A DNA stretch of 64,000 nucleotides from Magallana gigas. Lineage: Eukaryota. Location of the stretch: positions 47,678,001-47,742,000 of the forward strand of contig NC_088857.1 in the NCBI RefSeq assembly GCF_963853765.1, written 5' to 3'. Below, one piece after another: positions 37,047 through 50,608 of this stretch (positions are counted from its first letter, which is position 1; each line of letters begins with the position of its first letter). A model generated the notes under the pieces. It searched no databases. It saw only the letters and a list, made by a program, of their open reading frames with translations, and was not told where the DNA came from. Position numbers and translations under genes: made by a program.

Positions 37047-39862
37047 AATGGTAAATAAATCAACACGGTATTTTTAATACTTCAGTAAAAAAAAAAATGA
37101 CAATGTACTCTAAGGCGTGGTGGATCCTCGGCACATGTTCTGACTGTCTGCATGTAGTGGTATTTCGCCTACAGATCCAGATGCACTGAGGCGGTCGTAA
37201 GGTTGTAAAATTCTGCTATTGTTTCCATTGGTGATAACTGACATCATCTGTTCTCGGTTTATTCTCATTAACGGCTGATAGCAGGGTCCCCCCCCCCTAA
37301 TAACGTAGACAGTTTATCACTTTTATTTTATAGAAATATTTAATGTAAATTGCATCTATTCAAAAGATGGAAAAAATACTTGTTTAGCGACTTGAACAAA
37401 CAATCTATGGAAAATTATTATTAAACCTTGTGTTTGGAATGGGTTTGAGTAGAAATGCATTTATGAGTCCAATGACGTTCTCAGCATGTGAGCTCGGGGT
37501 CAGATAACTGACCATGGTGAGTCATAGCATGAGTTTGGGTTCATGCAGATGTTGAGAAAATTACAGTAGTAAGAGTGTGGTGTGTGAAGGCGGAACTCTC
37601 CTTTACACAATCGGAATCATCGTCTTTTGCCCCTCTCTTTATTCAGGCAAGATTCAAAAAATGCATTCGCTTAAAGTGGCCTTTTGAAACCAAAGTTTCA
37701 AGGGATACGTGTTCAATTCATACTTGAATACCATTGTTTTAACTGTGTTTAATTAATATACTGGGAATCTGTATATTTTTTCACCTTTTTTATATAGATT
37801 TGGACCAGAGCTGAACCGAGGAAAGTTGGGGCTGGACTAGAGGTTCATCAGACAAAGGCACTAGTTTACCCCATAGTATGATATAAAACTATTCTATGGA
37901 GTGAATAAGTGTCAGTAAATCGGGCCAATTGATCATATTCAGATAAACATTGTAATTATTATATTTGTGGTAAGAAATAGGACTTGGTTTCTTTATACAC
38001 ACAAAACTTTCATTACAAGTCAACTGACAAATTCTCGTTTCGGACAATACCTTGAACCCATCCGTGATCACGAACATCAGTAAATACGTAAGCATCTCCC
38101 GAAACAAAAGCTACTGTGGATTTTAGGAACAACAAAAATACGCAATACGTAAAAGAAATCCACAGTGACCTATTTAATTGACATTCAACTATCAGTTTAC
38201 CGTGAACGCATTCACGCTTCGGACGTGTATTTCAACGTCATCGTTGTTAATACGTCAAACTACACTAACAGGCGACATTGAAGAAACCATATGATTATAA
38301 ATAAATGATCGGAATTTTTGAAAAAGGAGTAGTCAACTGGAATTGGGTCTTTTGTCTCTATAGCCTGCTTCTAGGATGAGATAACCCTATATCAACCGCC
38401 GGACTGTGACGCGGATGTGCTGCCAATCAAAGTGCAACATTCTTTGTAGTCAACAAGAATCAGCAAATATCCAAGAATGAAATGGAACAGTAACTAAAAA
38501 TTATGTGCATATCGTTGGCTGTGATTATTTCATTAAAAAAAAATAAAAAATTGTACTAGAGGTTTTTTTTACATCTACATAAATTGTTGTTGCGAATAAA
38601 TTGAATTTATGATACATGTATCAACAAATTCTGTTGCAAGACCATATGGCAAATCAATCCAAATGTTATCCAAGTGCACACCAATGTACAAGTATTTCTG
38701 TTCAATCTGATGTTATATATCAAAATTCTCTTATTGAAGATGTAAATACTTGGTTGATGAGATGTATCCCCGCTTAATTTTCAGGTGACGCAAAAATGAA
38801 AAATTGTGTTATTAACAGTCATTTTCAAAGAAATACTGAACTGAAGACACAGCTACATATGTTGTATTATTTTTTAAGCTTTCAAGTGGTGTAGAAAAGA
38901 CGGTTAATATTTACCATTTAATTACATGAATATCGATGGTATTTATATTCAGCTGTCAGCTGAACATAAAATGATTAATCAGCTGCTGAGATATCATTTT
39001 ATCAGTGCTAACATGCAATGATGACATTCTCTTCGTAATTGTGTTATTTCAGGAAAAAAACAGACTGAATTTCACAGTAATACTTTTAATGACTGATGCC
39101 TGAAACCATGTTTAATTATATTAACAAGCATTTCCATTCATGAACATTTAGTCACTACAATAAATGTTTGACATCTACTATTTTGCAGCAGAAATACATA
39201 GATTTCACAAAATTTATACTCGATCTGATGCAAATCTGTTTGATGACGTATTTATTTTTAAGGTCAAATGCCTAACCATGTAAAAAGAGACTGCTTAAAA
39301 AATTTTGTTTTAGAGAAAGTAAGAAGAAAATATGTTCATGCATGAGCATAAAGCACATAAACCACATCCATCTCTTAATTCAAACTAATGTCAGTGTCTT
39401 AAATTATCATACACGCCAACAGACTGATATAAAACACAATAATAACAATGATTGACTGTTAGAATTAGCTACAATACAAAAATGGACATTTTTTTAAAAA
39501 TCAGAATGACTATACAGCATCAGCTTATATATATTGCTATAAATGTTCCTTGCAATTCTTTTTTAATTTCACTATGTCTTCAATTTTTCATCTACATATA
39601 AACTTTAACACATTAATCACCTTCTAAAGCATTTTTTTCTCAAATGAAATTCTTCATAAGAGCATTGAAAACTAGGTCTTTGAGGGCAAAAACTTCCAAA
39701 GTTCATCTTAAAAATAACACGTGGTTTTTGGTTTCACACTAAATACCACAATGAAATCTGACACACAAACATAAAGATTGAGTGTATACACTGATTGATT
39801 AGAAACAAATAAATAATGAGGTCCTTTCACTAGTATAAGGGTGGGGCTGGGGGGCGGGGCAA

Positions 39863-42800
39863 TTAGGAGCCACCCTCCTTTCCGGTGATCCCCATGTGCT
39901 TGTTGTAACTCTTTTCCTGCTTCTCGTAAAGCTTGGTTAGTTTCTTGATCTGTCCTTTGGATATTTCTTTTCCCTCTGCATCATGTGTGGGAATTCCCTG
40001 AGGAAATATCAAAGGAAGAAGTTTTAACCACAGAATTCATATGATTTATACCGTACTAATGAGGTGAAAGACTTATCACCCTGGCAATACATGTGTTCTT
40101 TGCAAAAAAATCCTTTTAATACTTGAGTAACTAAATAATAGTAGAAGTAACAAAGTGACAGAAATAATTTCACTTTAAGGTCAATGATAACAATTATGCC
40201 AACCTTATCATCAAACTGGGAATATTTGTCAGTTTCTTTCTTGAAGAGCTCCCATGGTGGAATTTTCTCCTGAGCTAACTTTGCTTCCTGATAAGAAAAC
40301 AGAACGAAGGTATGAATAAGGCTGTAAAGAAACAAAATAGTAGCTGGGCTATATATGTTTGATCAGTAACAATTTTTGTAATTCATTTACCATTTCCTGT
40401 TTCTTCTTCTCTTTTTCAAGTCTCTTCAACTCCTCTTTCTATAATAAGAAACATACACTCATTTTAATAACAAAACATCTTTATTATGAATAGAATACAG
40501 ATAAGGATTATTTGAATCCTGTAAATTCCTTATTCAACGCGAGTACTGTATTATGCGCTTCCACTATTTTGTATCAAATTGCAAGAATGTAAAATCGCAA
40601 GCACCAATTTTTTGTTATATTTTTTATTTTATATAATCAAAAACTGTCTGAAAAATAAAAGTAAGATTTTAAAATCCATGAGAATTGATTCTTGCAATTT
40701 TATGTGCATATTACTTCCACATGCTTGATAAGCAATCTACAATATATTAATCTATCACATAATTTTTTTATCTTTTTATTTGATTACTCACAAAATTCAA
40801 ACCAGTACAGTTTCTTGAAGAAACATATAATATTCAGTTACTATTAAATATAAATGTTCATTCCTAAAAACAGATTGAATTCAGCACCTTGAGTTTTTCT
40901 CCCCGCTCTTTCATCAGAGTATCTCTGTCGACAAGTTTGATTGTAGGAGGGGAGATCCCATCCTCAAGTCGCACCCCAAGATTGGGTAAAACATCATCTC
41001 TCAACTCGTCACAGAGTTTCAAGATTCCTGTGGCTACATAAATTAAGAGGCACAATGAGAACAAATAAAAACAAAAAGGAGACGAATAAATAAATTTTGA
41101 ATTTCAATCTGTAAGAAAAAATATTATAGTGTTGGATTTTGTCTAAAAAATATGGAAAACAGATCTAAACTATTTGTCAATAGCTGAGTTCTCTGTGGCT
41201 GATTTCCTTGTACTAGTTTGGATTGTTGTTAACATGGACATTTTTAAGAGGTTAATCGTGTCGTGGTGCATTCATATGGAATATTTTTATAAATTTAATA
41301 ATTCCGAGATGTATCCTTTCATATGCATTTTGAAAGTTTTTACATGATGAAATTTTGCCAAACTTCAGTCATCATAACATTTGCAAAGAATTCTTACACA
41401 AAAACATTTCAGAATTTGTTTATCCTCATTCAACTCAATTTTTTTTAAAGATGTTTGAAAGTTATTTCAATATAAAGTAACAGGTTCCCTTTTGGTTGAC
41501 AGACCTTTCTGTTCCCTTGATATTGTCCTGACATCCTCTCTGAACTGTGCAAAGGCCGACAGGAAAGGCATCACTGCTTCCTCGATCTGAAAGACAAAAG
41601 GGGCATACAGTGAGAAACTCCAGACAGGGAAACGTCCAACATCTTTGTCTCTGACAGTAACATTCATGAAGGCAAGCTCACATTAACATTCTGTGTTGTA
41701 GACTGCGGGAATCCAATCTCTTCCTCCACTTCAATAGCTCCAAACACCTGAAAAAACCCCCCGAAAATGCAGTTTTAAAAAATAATCATGTTAAGTAATA
41801 CAAGTTGATTAATATTTTATGAGCTGACAGAAATAAAAATGTATAAATAGATGAATATCTTTGGTAGACAATTTGACATCACACTAGTATGTAGTAAAAT
41901 AGTATTGGTTGTAGTAATGTAATGGAGCTTTTTCAATATGATGTACAGTCAAACTTCGTTATCTCGAACTAAATGGGACTGTTTAAAAACTTTGAGATAT
42001 TCAAGATATCGAGGGAAAAATACCTAAAAAAATAAGTGGTTGGGACTTACAAATCACTTCGACATATCCATTGTATTCGAGATATCAATGTTCAAGATAT
42101 TGAAGTTCAACTGTACTTGTATAAAGGGTGTCAGCATATTTAGGAGTCCCTTTACATGGGTTCTATTCTACAGTATCCTCTGCCTCTAAGGGTGTCAGCA
42201 TATTTTACATGGGTACTACAGTATCCCTTGCCTCTACAGTACTGACCTTCAGTAGATACGTGATGTAGCTGGCGATGTTCTTGAGGATCATCCTGTTGGG
42301 GGTCCTATTGGCACCCCGGGCATTGGCCATGTAGATGTTTGCCTCTCCGATCAACTCCCTCAAGCTTTCTAGAGCTGTCCTTGTGTTGACGTTATCTAAA
42401 GATTTATTTTGTATTCAGTAGTAATAAAAAACAATGCTGGGCAAATTAGAATAATCTTCTTCCTACTGGGCAAATTGGATACTGTGCTCCCTTCTTGAGA
42501 ATTTCTCAAATCGTAAGTTCACAATGACTTTATTTGCATACAAGTATAGTATAAATTTCCTTAGAGTGGAGACATTAACCTACCACAGAGAGCCTCATGC
42601 ACAGCGTCCTTTGTCTGCAGGTATCTGAAAAGATGACAACAAATATCTAAATACTCATCAAATTTGATTACAACTAAAACAGCTACTGTGGTTTCATCAA
42701 TATTTGTTGAATATCAATTTTCGTGGATTTCATTGTTGAGTTGATCAACGAAATTAAATGTTCATTGGATTTCATTAGTTACACATGTATTCTGTGTTTT

Positions 42801-45800
42801 CATATTTCATTGGAATCAGTTTTCATGGATTTAGTGAAAATGACAGTTTCATCGATACTGTGTGTGACTAAGTGCAATTTCTACTAACGTATTTATTGAT
42901 TGGATCATTAGCTACAAAACACATTGATGAAACTGTAATTTTGATGAACTGTATGAACTCTTAGATTTATTGAGTCATCTGCCTGATTATCACAGTATCT
43001 CAGACTTCACACAAACACAGTAATGTACAGACTAACAAATGAAGATCTTGTCATTTACGACTGAATCTCTCATTAGACTTATAAATGAATATCTTGTCAT
43101 AAACTCTGAACATTTTCAGCCGGACTAACTAAAGACTTCCCCAGTATTACTTTAAATCTTACTTTTTGTTGAGCTCCACATCCTCGGGGTTCCACTTCTC
43201 GAAGGCTGCGACCCCGGTCCCTGGGGTCGTCCTCAGTAAGTTCTTCACATTCAGGAAGAACTCCTGTCAAAAAGAATAATAATCACAGAAATTACTGAAT
43301 AACATTCCACTTCCTCTAGGCTGTAAATTTGGAAAATTCCAATAGTAAGTTTGCAGGTAAAGAACAATAACCTTTGAACTTGTGAATGTACATATAAAAT
43401 ATTGTAGAAAGGCGTATCTATATTGTGGAAAAATACCAAATTGTATTGTTTTCATCATGGATTTGGTACTTATGTAAATAATGTAACTGAGTTGAGGATT
43501 ATACATTTTTCTTTGTAATTGTCTATAAAAATTCATCTTTTATACCGGTACTTTAATCAATGTATCTTCCATGAGAAAAAACTACTTTCTTGAGGATTAT
43601 ATTCTATCAACATGAAGCCTACAGACTGTATAAATAGACCCACTCACGTTGACCATCTTTTCGTATCGGATGGCAATCTCCATGCTGTTTTCACCATAAT
43701 CCAGCGTATCCTTCCACTGATGGAGCAGGAATAGCAGACGTAACTGTCGTGCGGTGTGCTTCTTCAGTGCATCTTTTATGGTGATGAAATTCTTGAGAGA
43801 TTTGGACATCTTGCAGCCTTCGATGGTCAGATGGCCAGCATGCAAGAAATACCTCACCCAGTGATCATTGTTGAAGTAAGCCTAAAAAGTCAAATAACTT
43901 AAGAATTAAAACAATTCAAAATAAAAAACATCAACGGTACAAGGTTCTATAAAGTGTTTGCTTTTCTTTAAGCTGTTTGAAGAATCATCTTCAAAGGCAA
44001 AAATGGTTGTCCCAAGTGAGCGGTGTTTTGCAACTATTTCACGTAAAATCTGAACATGTAATATTCTATTTATGCAATTCTAACAATTGTAGGTAAATTT
44101 AGCTTTGGATTCTCTTGACATTATTGGTTATTTTTTGTGATGGTACATGTACTTCTTTCCAGTGTTAAACAATTTCAGATTTCATATCAATGTTATCCTC
44201 TGACCTCTGCCTGAGCGAGCTCATTATCATGGTGAGGGAATCTGAGATCGAATCCTCCCGTGTGGATATCCAGAGATTCTCCTTGTATACTGCTGGCCAT
44301 GACAGAGCACTCAATGTGCCAGCCTGGTCGTCCCTACAACACAAATAATATCTCTATAGCAACCACAGAGCACTCAATGTGCCAGCCAGGTCGTCCCTAT
44401 AACACAAATAATATCTCTATAGCAACCACAGAGCACTCAATGTGCCAGCCAGGTCGTCCCTACAACAAAAATAATATCTCTATAGCAACCACAGAGCACT
44501 CGGTGTGCAAACCAGGATGTCCCTACACAAATATCTTGGTCTCACATATGTATCCAAAACCTCTAAACTGTTCTACAAATCCAGTACCAAAATATCAAGG
44601 ATATACAAATTACAAGAACTATTTAAGCACTGTCTTTTTATATTTCATTGAAAACTGGAAAACAGTGTTCCTTATGTATCATCAAATTTTTAGATCACTA
44701 TTTTAAAGATATAAAGTGAACAGGCTGACTACCAGACATATTCTTGGAGTCAGAACACTGTGATCTTCACAAAAACCAGAGAATTGTTCATTATCTACCT
44801 TTCCCCAGGGCGAGTCCCAAGAGGGTTCGCCAGGCTTGGAGGCCTTCCACAGGACAAAGTCTGTCGGGTTCCTCTTCTCCTCCTGTCTCTCTGCAGACAC
44901 CGTCAGTTCTCCTAAACACATCGAACAAAAACAACAATACTCAATGAAATTGTTACACAGATCTATAAATGACTCAAATTATTAGGGTTGTTAAATCGAG
45001 TCACATCTAGTAACTGGTTACTTAATTTTCTCTGAATGAGATTTCAGCCAGTACTCAAGAAACAGCTCAAAATTTACACCTCTCTATCAACACAAATGTA
45101 TCAATGTTCTTTGTTGGTCAATCAAAACATTATGATTGAGAGCAAAAAGATATTCATTTTAGAAATCGTGTTAAATATATCTATACAAATAAAACAAAAA
45201 ATATTTACGAAGTTTAAAAACGATGGATGTTTTTCTCATTTTTTTTTTAATGTCTTTACAGGTATGCTAAATGCATTGTTCTTGGGTTTAATATTTACTC
45301 CTATGTAAATCAATTCAAATTCACACAAAAATGTTAGTTGACATTTGACTGACTTAAAAATTCTAATTATTTCCAGACTTCAGAAATACTAGTGTCATTT
45401 TTGCTACTTACTGTAGAAGCAGAAATATTCGTTGAGGATTTAATTTTGTTATTTTCGTTGGCAGTATAAATCAAAAAATTAAATCCATGACGAATTTTTA
45501 TCCAAAGTATTATTGAATACAAAAAGATTACAATATGACGAAATTAAATGCCAATGGAATTTTATTTGGTTCAAAAACAACGAAATTTTGACCCAACAAA
45601 AATATGTGCTTCTACAGTATATGAGAGACCAATAGTCTGCTTTATTTTGTGTTTGAATTCCAATCATAGCATATGCCTACTTAGTGAGTATTAACGACCA
45701 ATGCAATGCTAATTAATTATGTGAGAGCAAGTGTAAAAGTTCATTATGTGTCACATGTTACTTAGTATTGCATGATTGGTATTTAAAAATATCTTGGTAT

Positions 45801-47443
45801 CTACAGCCTCAAAATGGTTTGTTATGAATAAGTTGACTGTTATTTTCAATGCAGCTTATTAATTTTCTCAAAAATTGTTTTGGAGCAATTCTGCAATTTT
45901 TTTGCTACATTTTGGGTATGTGGGAGGCATTTTAACTGTGATGAAGGCCTGTCTTGAGACACAATTAGATTATTCTAACTAAGCAGAGTGTAGTGAAATT
46001 AATAGCATTAATGTAAGTTTAATTGGATAATGTCAACAATACGGTGTGTCGATGCATCTATTTCTTAAATGTCTGATATCATTTGCAAAGTCAACCCTGG
46101 CACGCACTGGTCAAAGTCTAGTAGATTAAAAGCTAGTGAATTAGTTAAGAGCAAGACAATGTGCTAATAACGATAATAAAGTAATGAGTTCACACAGATC
46201 CTGCTGTTCATTAACACCTTTATTTTTATGTCAAAAAGGCGTAGGTTTAACTTTATTTACAAGCTGATAATTGATATAGAAAAATTAAAATAATGTGCTA
46301 ATGAATGAAATTATTATGTGGTGGAAACATGATGAAATCTATATGATGTGCTAGACTAGTAAAATAATGACAACAGAAAAGTAATCCTCCTTAATTAATT
46401 CGTTACATTTTTACCAAGTTACCTAGAACTGACCGATTAATCCTTGACACCCATTACTCATTGACAACCCTACTAGCTTTACATTACATACCCTCTCCTT
46501 CAACCAGTTACTAATTGACAACTTATATATTACCTACCCTATTATCTTCAGCCAGTTACTCATTGACCACCTAACTAGTTACATTTTATATGTACCTTCT
46601 CCTTCATTCAGGGCAGCCTTGTCCCCATAAGCCTCCGGGACAATCTTGGCGTAACTGTGACCCTCCGCTGCATCGAAGGCGGCCGTGTCAAAGTACACAG
46701 ACCTATTGGACTCGTACCTGTCAACACCAAAAATAAACTGGAATGTGTACTGGTACTGGCAGGGTACAACATGGACCTCACATTAATCAAAAACTATTGA
46801 CACGAAACAAAGACAAGATCACTAACAAATAGGTATCCCCTAGCAACTGGAAATTATTAAAAAAAACAAGAAGCCCAGGGGCCACATCGCTCACCTGAGC
46901 AACAATATCCTTAACTCTGATCAAATTAGCATTACAGTATCAAAATAAAAATATTTTTTGACAACTAAGTACAGTAGATCTTGCTAAAAAAATTTTAAAA
47001 ATCTACCGATTTTTAACCACATATTTTTATGGTAAATACCAAGCCCCTTTTGTTGTTGTACCTGTAAGAAGATTTTTCTCTATTCCTATATACCCCCCCC
47101 CCCACCACCACCATTTTGTGGCTCCACTTTTATCTAGGGAATCATGGTTTGATCAAACTTTAATCTGCACAACCCATGCTTTCACACAAGTTACTGCTTT
47201 TTGGACTGAAAACTTTCCCAGAATATTTTTAAAGATATTCCTATGTAAAAATTCATCCCCATTGTGGCCCCGCCCTATCCATGGGGACCATGATTTAAAC
47301 AAACTTGAATCTACACTATCTGAGGATGCTTCCACTCAAATTGGAGCTTTTCTGGCCTATTAATTTTTTGATAAGAAGATTTTTGAAAAAACCAACAAAT
47401 TTTCAGTAATTCTAAATGATCTCCCCTTTCAAAAGGATGTGGC

Positions 47444-47479
<36 letters not shown>

Positions 47480-47510
47480 TGATGCTTTGTGCCAAGTTTG
47501 GTTGAAATCT

Positions 47511-47555
<45 letters not shown>

Positions 47556-47585
47556 ACAACAACAATGCCAACACCAACAACAACA

Positions 47586-47641
<56 letters not shown>

Positions 47642-50075
47642 GTTGTGAATCAAGTCAACTCATTAGTTGTTAACTCATACATTTAATTTGAGTTTTTTAT
47701 ACACAAATGTTTAATGATTCTAAGTGCTAAAATTTTTATTTCAATATTGTAACAAATTTCCTTCCACAACAAAATGCATGAGAGGATAAAATTCCAAGTC
47801 TAAATAAATGCAATCTCAAAGATTAAGGTAAGGTTTGCAGCTTGCATTGATTTTTCATTTTAGTTACATTATTATTTTCTTGACTAAAAAAAGTCTTTCT
47901 TGTTATAAAATACAAATGATTTTGTCTGACCTGTTTTTTAACAATCAAATGCTTAAGTACTAGCTGTCATTTTGATGAAGATGTAAACAATTTGGTCAAA
48001 ATATATATATTATGCGACAGGTTTGAGGGCTATTCAAAAAATATATGAAAATCATTTATTTTATGACTCATTTCTATCAATCTCTATGGAATTATTTCAA
48101 AACAGGAAATAACACTTGTATCCTGTTCCTTTTAGCACAGTAAACTACAAAACCACACCAAATGAATTGCTTGTCAGTTATTATGCATTTTTAAAAATCT
48201 TGAAGTCATTTGAAATAAAGGGTAGCTGCTGTCATGTCAAAGTGAAAATTTGAGTTATCTCCCTGTAGCCACAAACCTTACTTTAATGATGTTTATTGTG
48301 ATTAAATCATTCATAGAGAAACATGGTGACATAACTGTATGTATATCCTATGAATGCTACAGTGAACGTCTGAACTAAGATTCCAAAGGAGTTTCAATTT
48401 CGGTGTTACAGTTTACCTGTAATCTTGACTAAATGAAAATGAAATGTACCAATTTATTTTCTTTTTATCATATTGCCAAAAACTAAGAACCCATAACTCC
48501 ATTGAGTCCCCTTCTCTTCTCCAAGTTTTCTATCAATCAGCACAAAGAATAAAGGAAAATTCCACAAGCACCCATACCGATTTCCTTTTTCTTACCCATA
48601 TCCATTGTCCATGATCTTCTTGATGTACTCGACAATTTCTGGGACGTACTCACTGACCCGAGTCAGGACATCTGCTGGCAAAACCTAGTTCCGTAGAAAA
48701 CCAATATCTATTCACATACAATCCATCTCTTATGTTATATTTTAAAATTAAACACCTTTTTTTTTTATTTTAAGGTCTTGAGAAGTTCAGCAAATCCAAA
48801 GAAGCTAATCTCAGAAAATTGAGGCACTATCATTTAATACAAGATAATCTATCCACGAATAATTACTTTCCAATATATTGGTAAATTTTGGACAACCCAA
48901 AAATTTTGTCTCCATAAAAATGAATGATTTTGTAGTGAAAACAAAATCAATGTTTGATATTGATGAACTATATACATGTAGATCTTAATGGAGTTATTCC
49001 AAAACTAACATTCAAAGATTCCATGTCTTTGTGAAAGTCTTCCTCAAAAAACTGAGGAAGTCTGGCAAATATGGAGTTGTCCGTGACTTCTGACCCATGA
49101 GTTTTATCCAACCAATCACAGAGCACATCCTTCCCATCTACGCACAGTCTCTAAATTGTAAAAAGGTATGCAAAAATTAAAAACAAAAATCTGCGAAAAA
49201 GTATCATGCATAGTCTATGACAGGTGTACAAAATCTTGAGTGATCAACCCAGTTCTCTTACCTCTCTACTTTGACCTTCATCTTGACTGGCCTTGACCTC
49301 AGACAGGGCTTTCTCAACTTTGGCCTTGATTTTTACATACATGCCTTTTTTGTCTGGGTCTTCCTCTTTTTCCAGTTTTACAATAAATGGCTGAAAAAAT
49401 GGGGGGAAATAAGATGATTGACTTAAAAAGTGAAAGAATGAATTAAATAGAACCATAAGTCAAAATGCTTTAATACCTTCATAGCAGACTCAACGTCTTC
49501 CAAGATCTTGGAAAGAGCCAGGTTCTTGGTGAGATACTGCTCATACAGGTAGTTCTGGCGGGCTCTTTTGATGATCTACATCACAGAAAGTATAGTTGTA
49601 CATGTTTAAGGATATATCAACAGTTTATTCAGATGATTCTACATGTGTAATATAACAAGAGCAAATCAGTAACTAATAGCATCAATTACCTATATTATCC
49701 TACTTCAACTGACTTCCCATAGATTTCCAAATATCAATTTGGTTATAAAACATACTGATAAAATTTCAAGATATTTTAAGGTTAAAAATAAAACTTTTTG
49801 CTTAAAAAACATTTAACAAAATTTGCTGTGCATTTTCTGTTTCCCTCCCTGAAATGCCTTGAAGGTCATCAATATCAGTATCTACACACCTTGTCGTCAA
49901 TATCTGTGATGTTCATGCAATAGAAGACCTCATAATTGAAATAGTCCTGTAGGACTCTCCGCAGGATGTCAATAGAAATGAAGGACCGGGCGTGGCCCAT
50001 GTGGGAGGAATCGTAGACCGTGGGGCCACAGCTGTACCACAGGACCCGACGCCCACTCTGAGGCACAAACACCTC
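39863..50075 (-). CDS. CARS1: Cysteine--tRNA ligase, cytoplasmic (5'-incomplete in this window)
   Basis: 18 in-frame GT-AG exons: 50075-49890, 49575-49477, 49390-49262, 49150-49010, 48684-48596, 46717-46596, 44911-44799, 44333-44205, 43881-43648, 43263-43163, 42624-42584, 42395-42247, 41747-41682, 41586-41505, 41033-40888, 40438-40391, 40287-40204, 39997-39863 (2094 nt). Motifs [18 protein letters not shown] (HIGH), [38 protein letters not shown]. The exon encoding the expected N-terminal LYNSLT strand was not found. Confidence 0.97.
41944..42115. mobile_element. TA-flanked MITE in a CARS intron
   Basis: Imperfect TIRs TACAGTCAAACTTCGTTATCTCGAAC ... GTTCAAGATATTGAAGTTCAACTGTA. Confidence 0.75.
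44302..44530 (-). repeat. 63-bp tandem repeat (3 full + 1 partial) spanning a CARS splice acceptor
   Basis: Units start at 44302, 44365, 44428 and 44491. On the - strand each reads ...TTGTGTTGTAG|GGACGACCAGGCTGGCACATTGAGTGCTCTGT ([10 protein letters not shown]); the outermost copy is the most diverged. Confidence 0.97.
45409..45619. mobile_element. TA-flanked MITE in a CARS intron
   Basis: TIRs TACTGTAGAAGCA ... TGCTTCTACAGTA, 211 bp. Confidence 0.8.
46449..46606 (-). repeat. Degenerate ~52-bp tandem repeat x3 spanning the CARS donor at 46596
   Basis: Each unit has ca(g/t)ttact(c/a)attgac at one end and tacc(c/t)t...cttca at the other, i.e. the last exon bases plus GT donor on the - strand. 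Confidence 0.7.
46865..47640 (+). mobile_element. Non-autonomous Helentron-type (HINE-like) element with a ~170-bp satellite-like core
   Basis: Subterminal inverted repeats gctcacctgag / ctcaggtgagc, 3' palindrome agctcacttgagct, (caa)n tract, and central repeats containing ttgaatctacacta-ctgaggatgcttccac. These resemble the oyster Cg170-type repeat (recalled, not searched). Confidence 0.8.
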
Positions 50076-50608
50076 CTGTAAACAGGCCAATTATAAAGGT
50101 TACGCAATCAACAGGTCAATAGCTTTAGTAATTGGGTAAACTGTGCTTACTGTCTGTGCATACTGATTGAAGTATCAATAATGTATTATAGTAGCATTTA
50201 AATAAATGGTGTTGAACATAAAAAAACAGCACATTAATCATGATAAAAAATAGATATGTCATCTAGTACATATACATGTACTCATACATAGTCTCACAGA
50301 GGGATACCTATACAGATAATACACTGGTACTAATAAACTGATCACAAGTCTAGACTGGTAACATTTCACTGATCTAGGTGGCACAATCAGCAAAATGTTT
50401 GCAGTCTATTAAAATCAAGAAAATATTAATAACATTTTCAAAAACAAGAAATAAATCAAGCATTTCAGTGACAAGGACAACATCCTCTCTTGGGACAGTT
50501 TTATTTCCTCGCTTTCCTTTTACAGGAAACTGAAAATACAAGAAACATGTTAATTGCTGCAAACAGAAAAAAATATATCTAGTTGATGTCATTCACAAGG
50601 GAATCATC

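Noticed and set aside
26667-44706. Short regular repeats (54 bp at 26701, 63 bp at 44302) as CRISPR arrays, and their ORFs 26667-26927 and 44260-44706 as genes
   Set aside because: Head-to-tail units with no unique spacers, no cas genes and a eukaryotic context. The ORFs arise because the unit lengths are multiples of three, antisense to real exons.
50374-50592. Minus-strand ORF FPVKGKRGNK... as the missing CARS exon
   Set aside because: No resemblance to the CARS N-terminus, ends in a stop, and overlaps the DCST upstream region.
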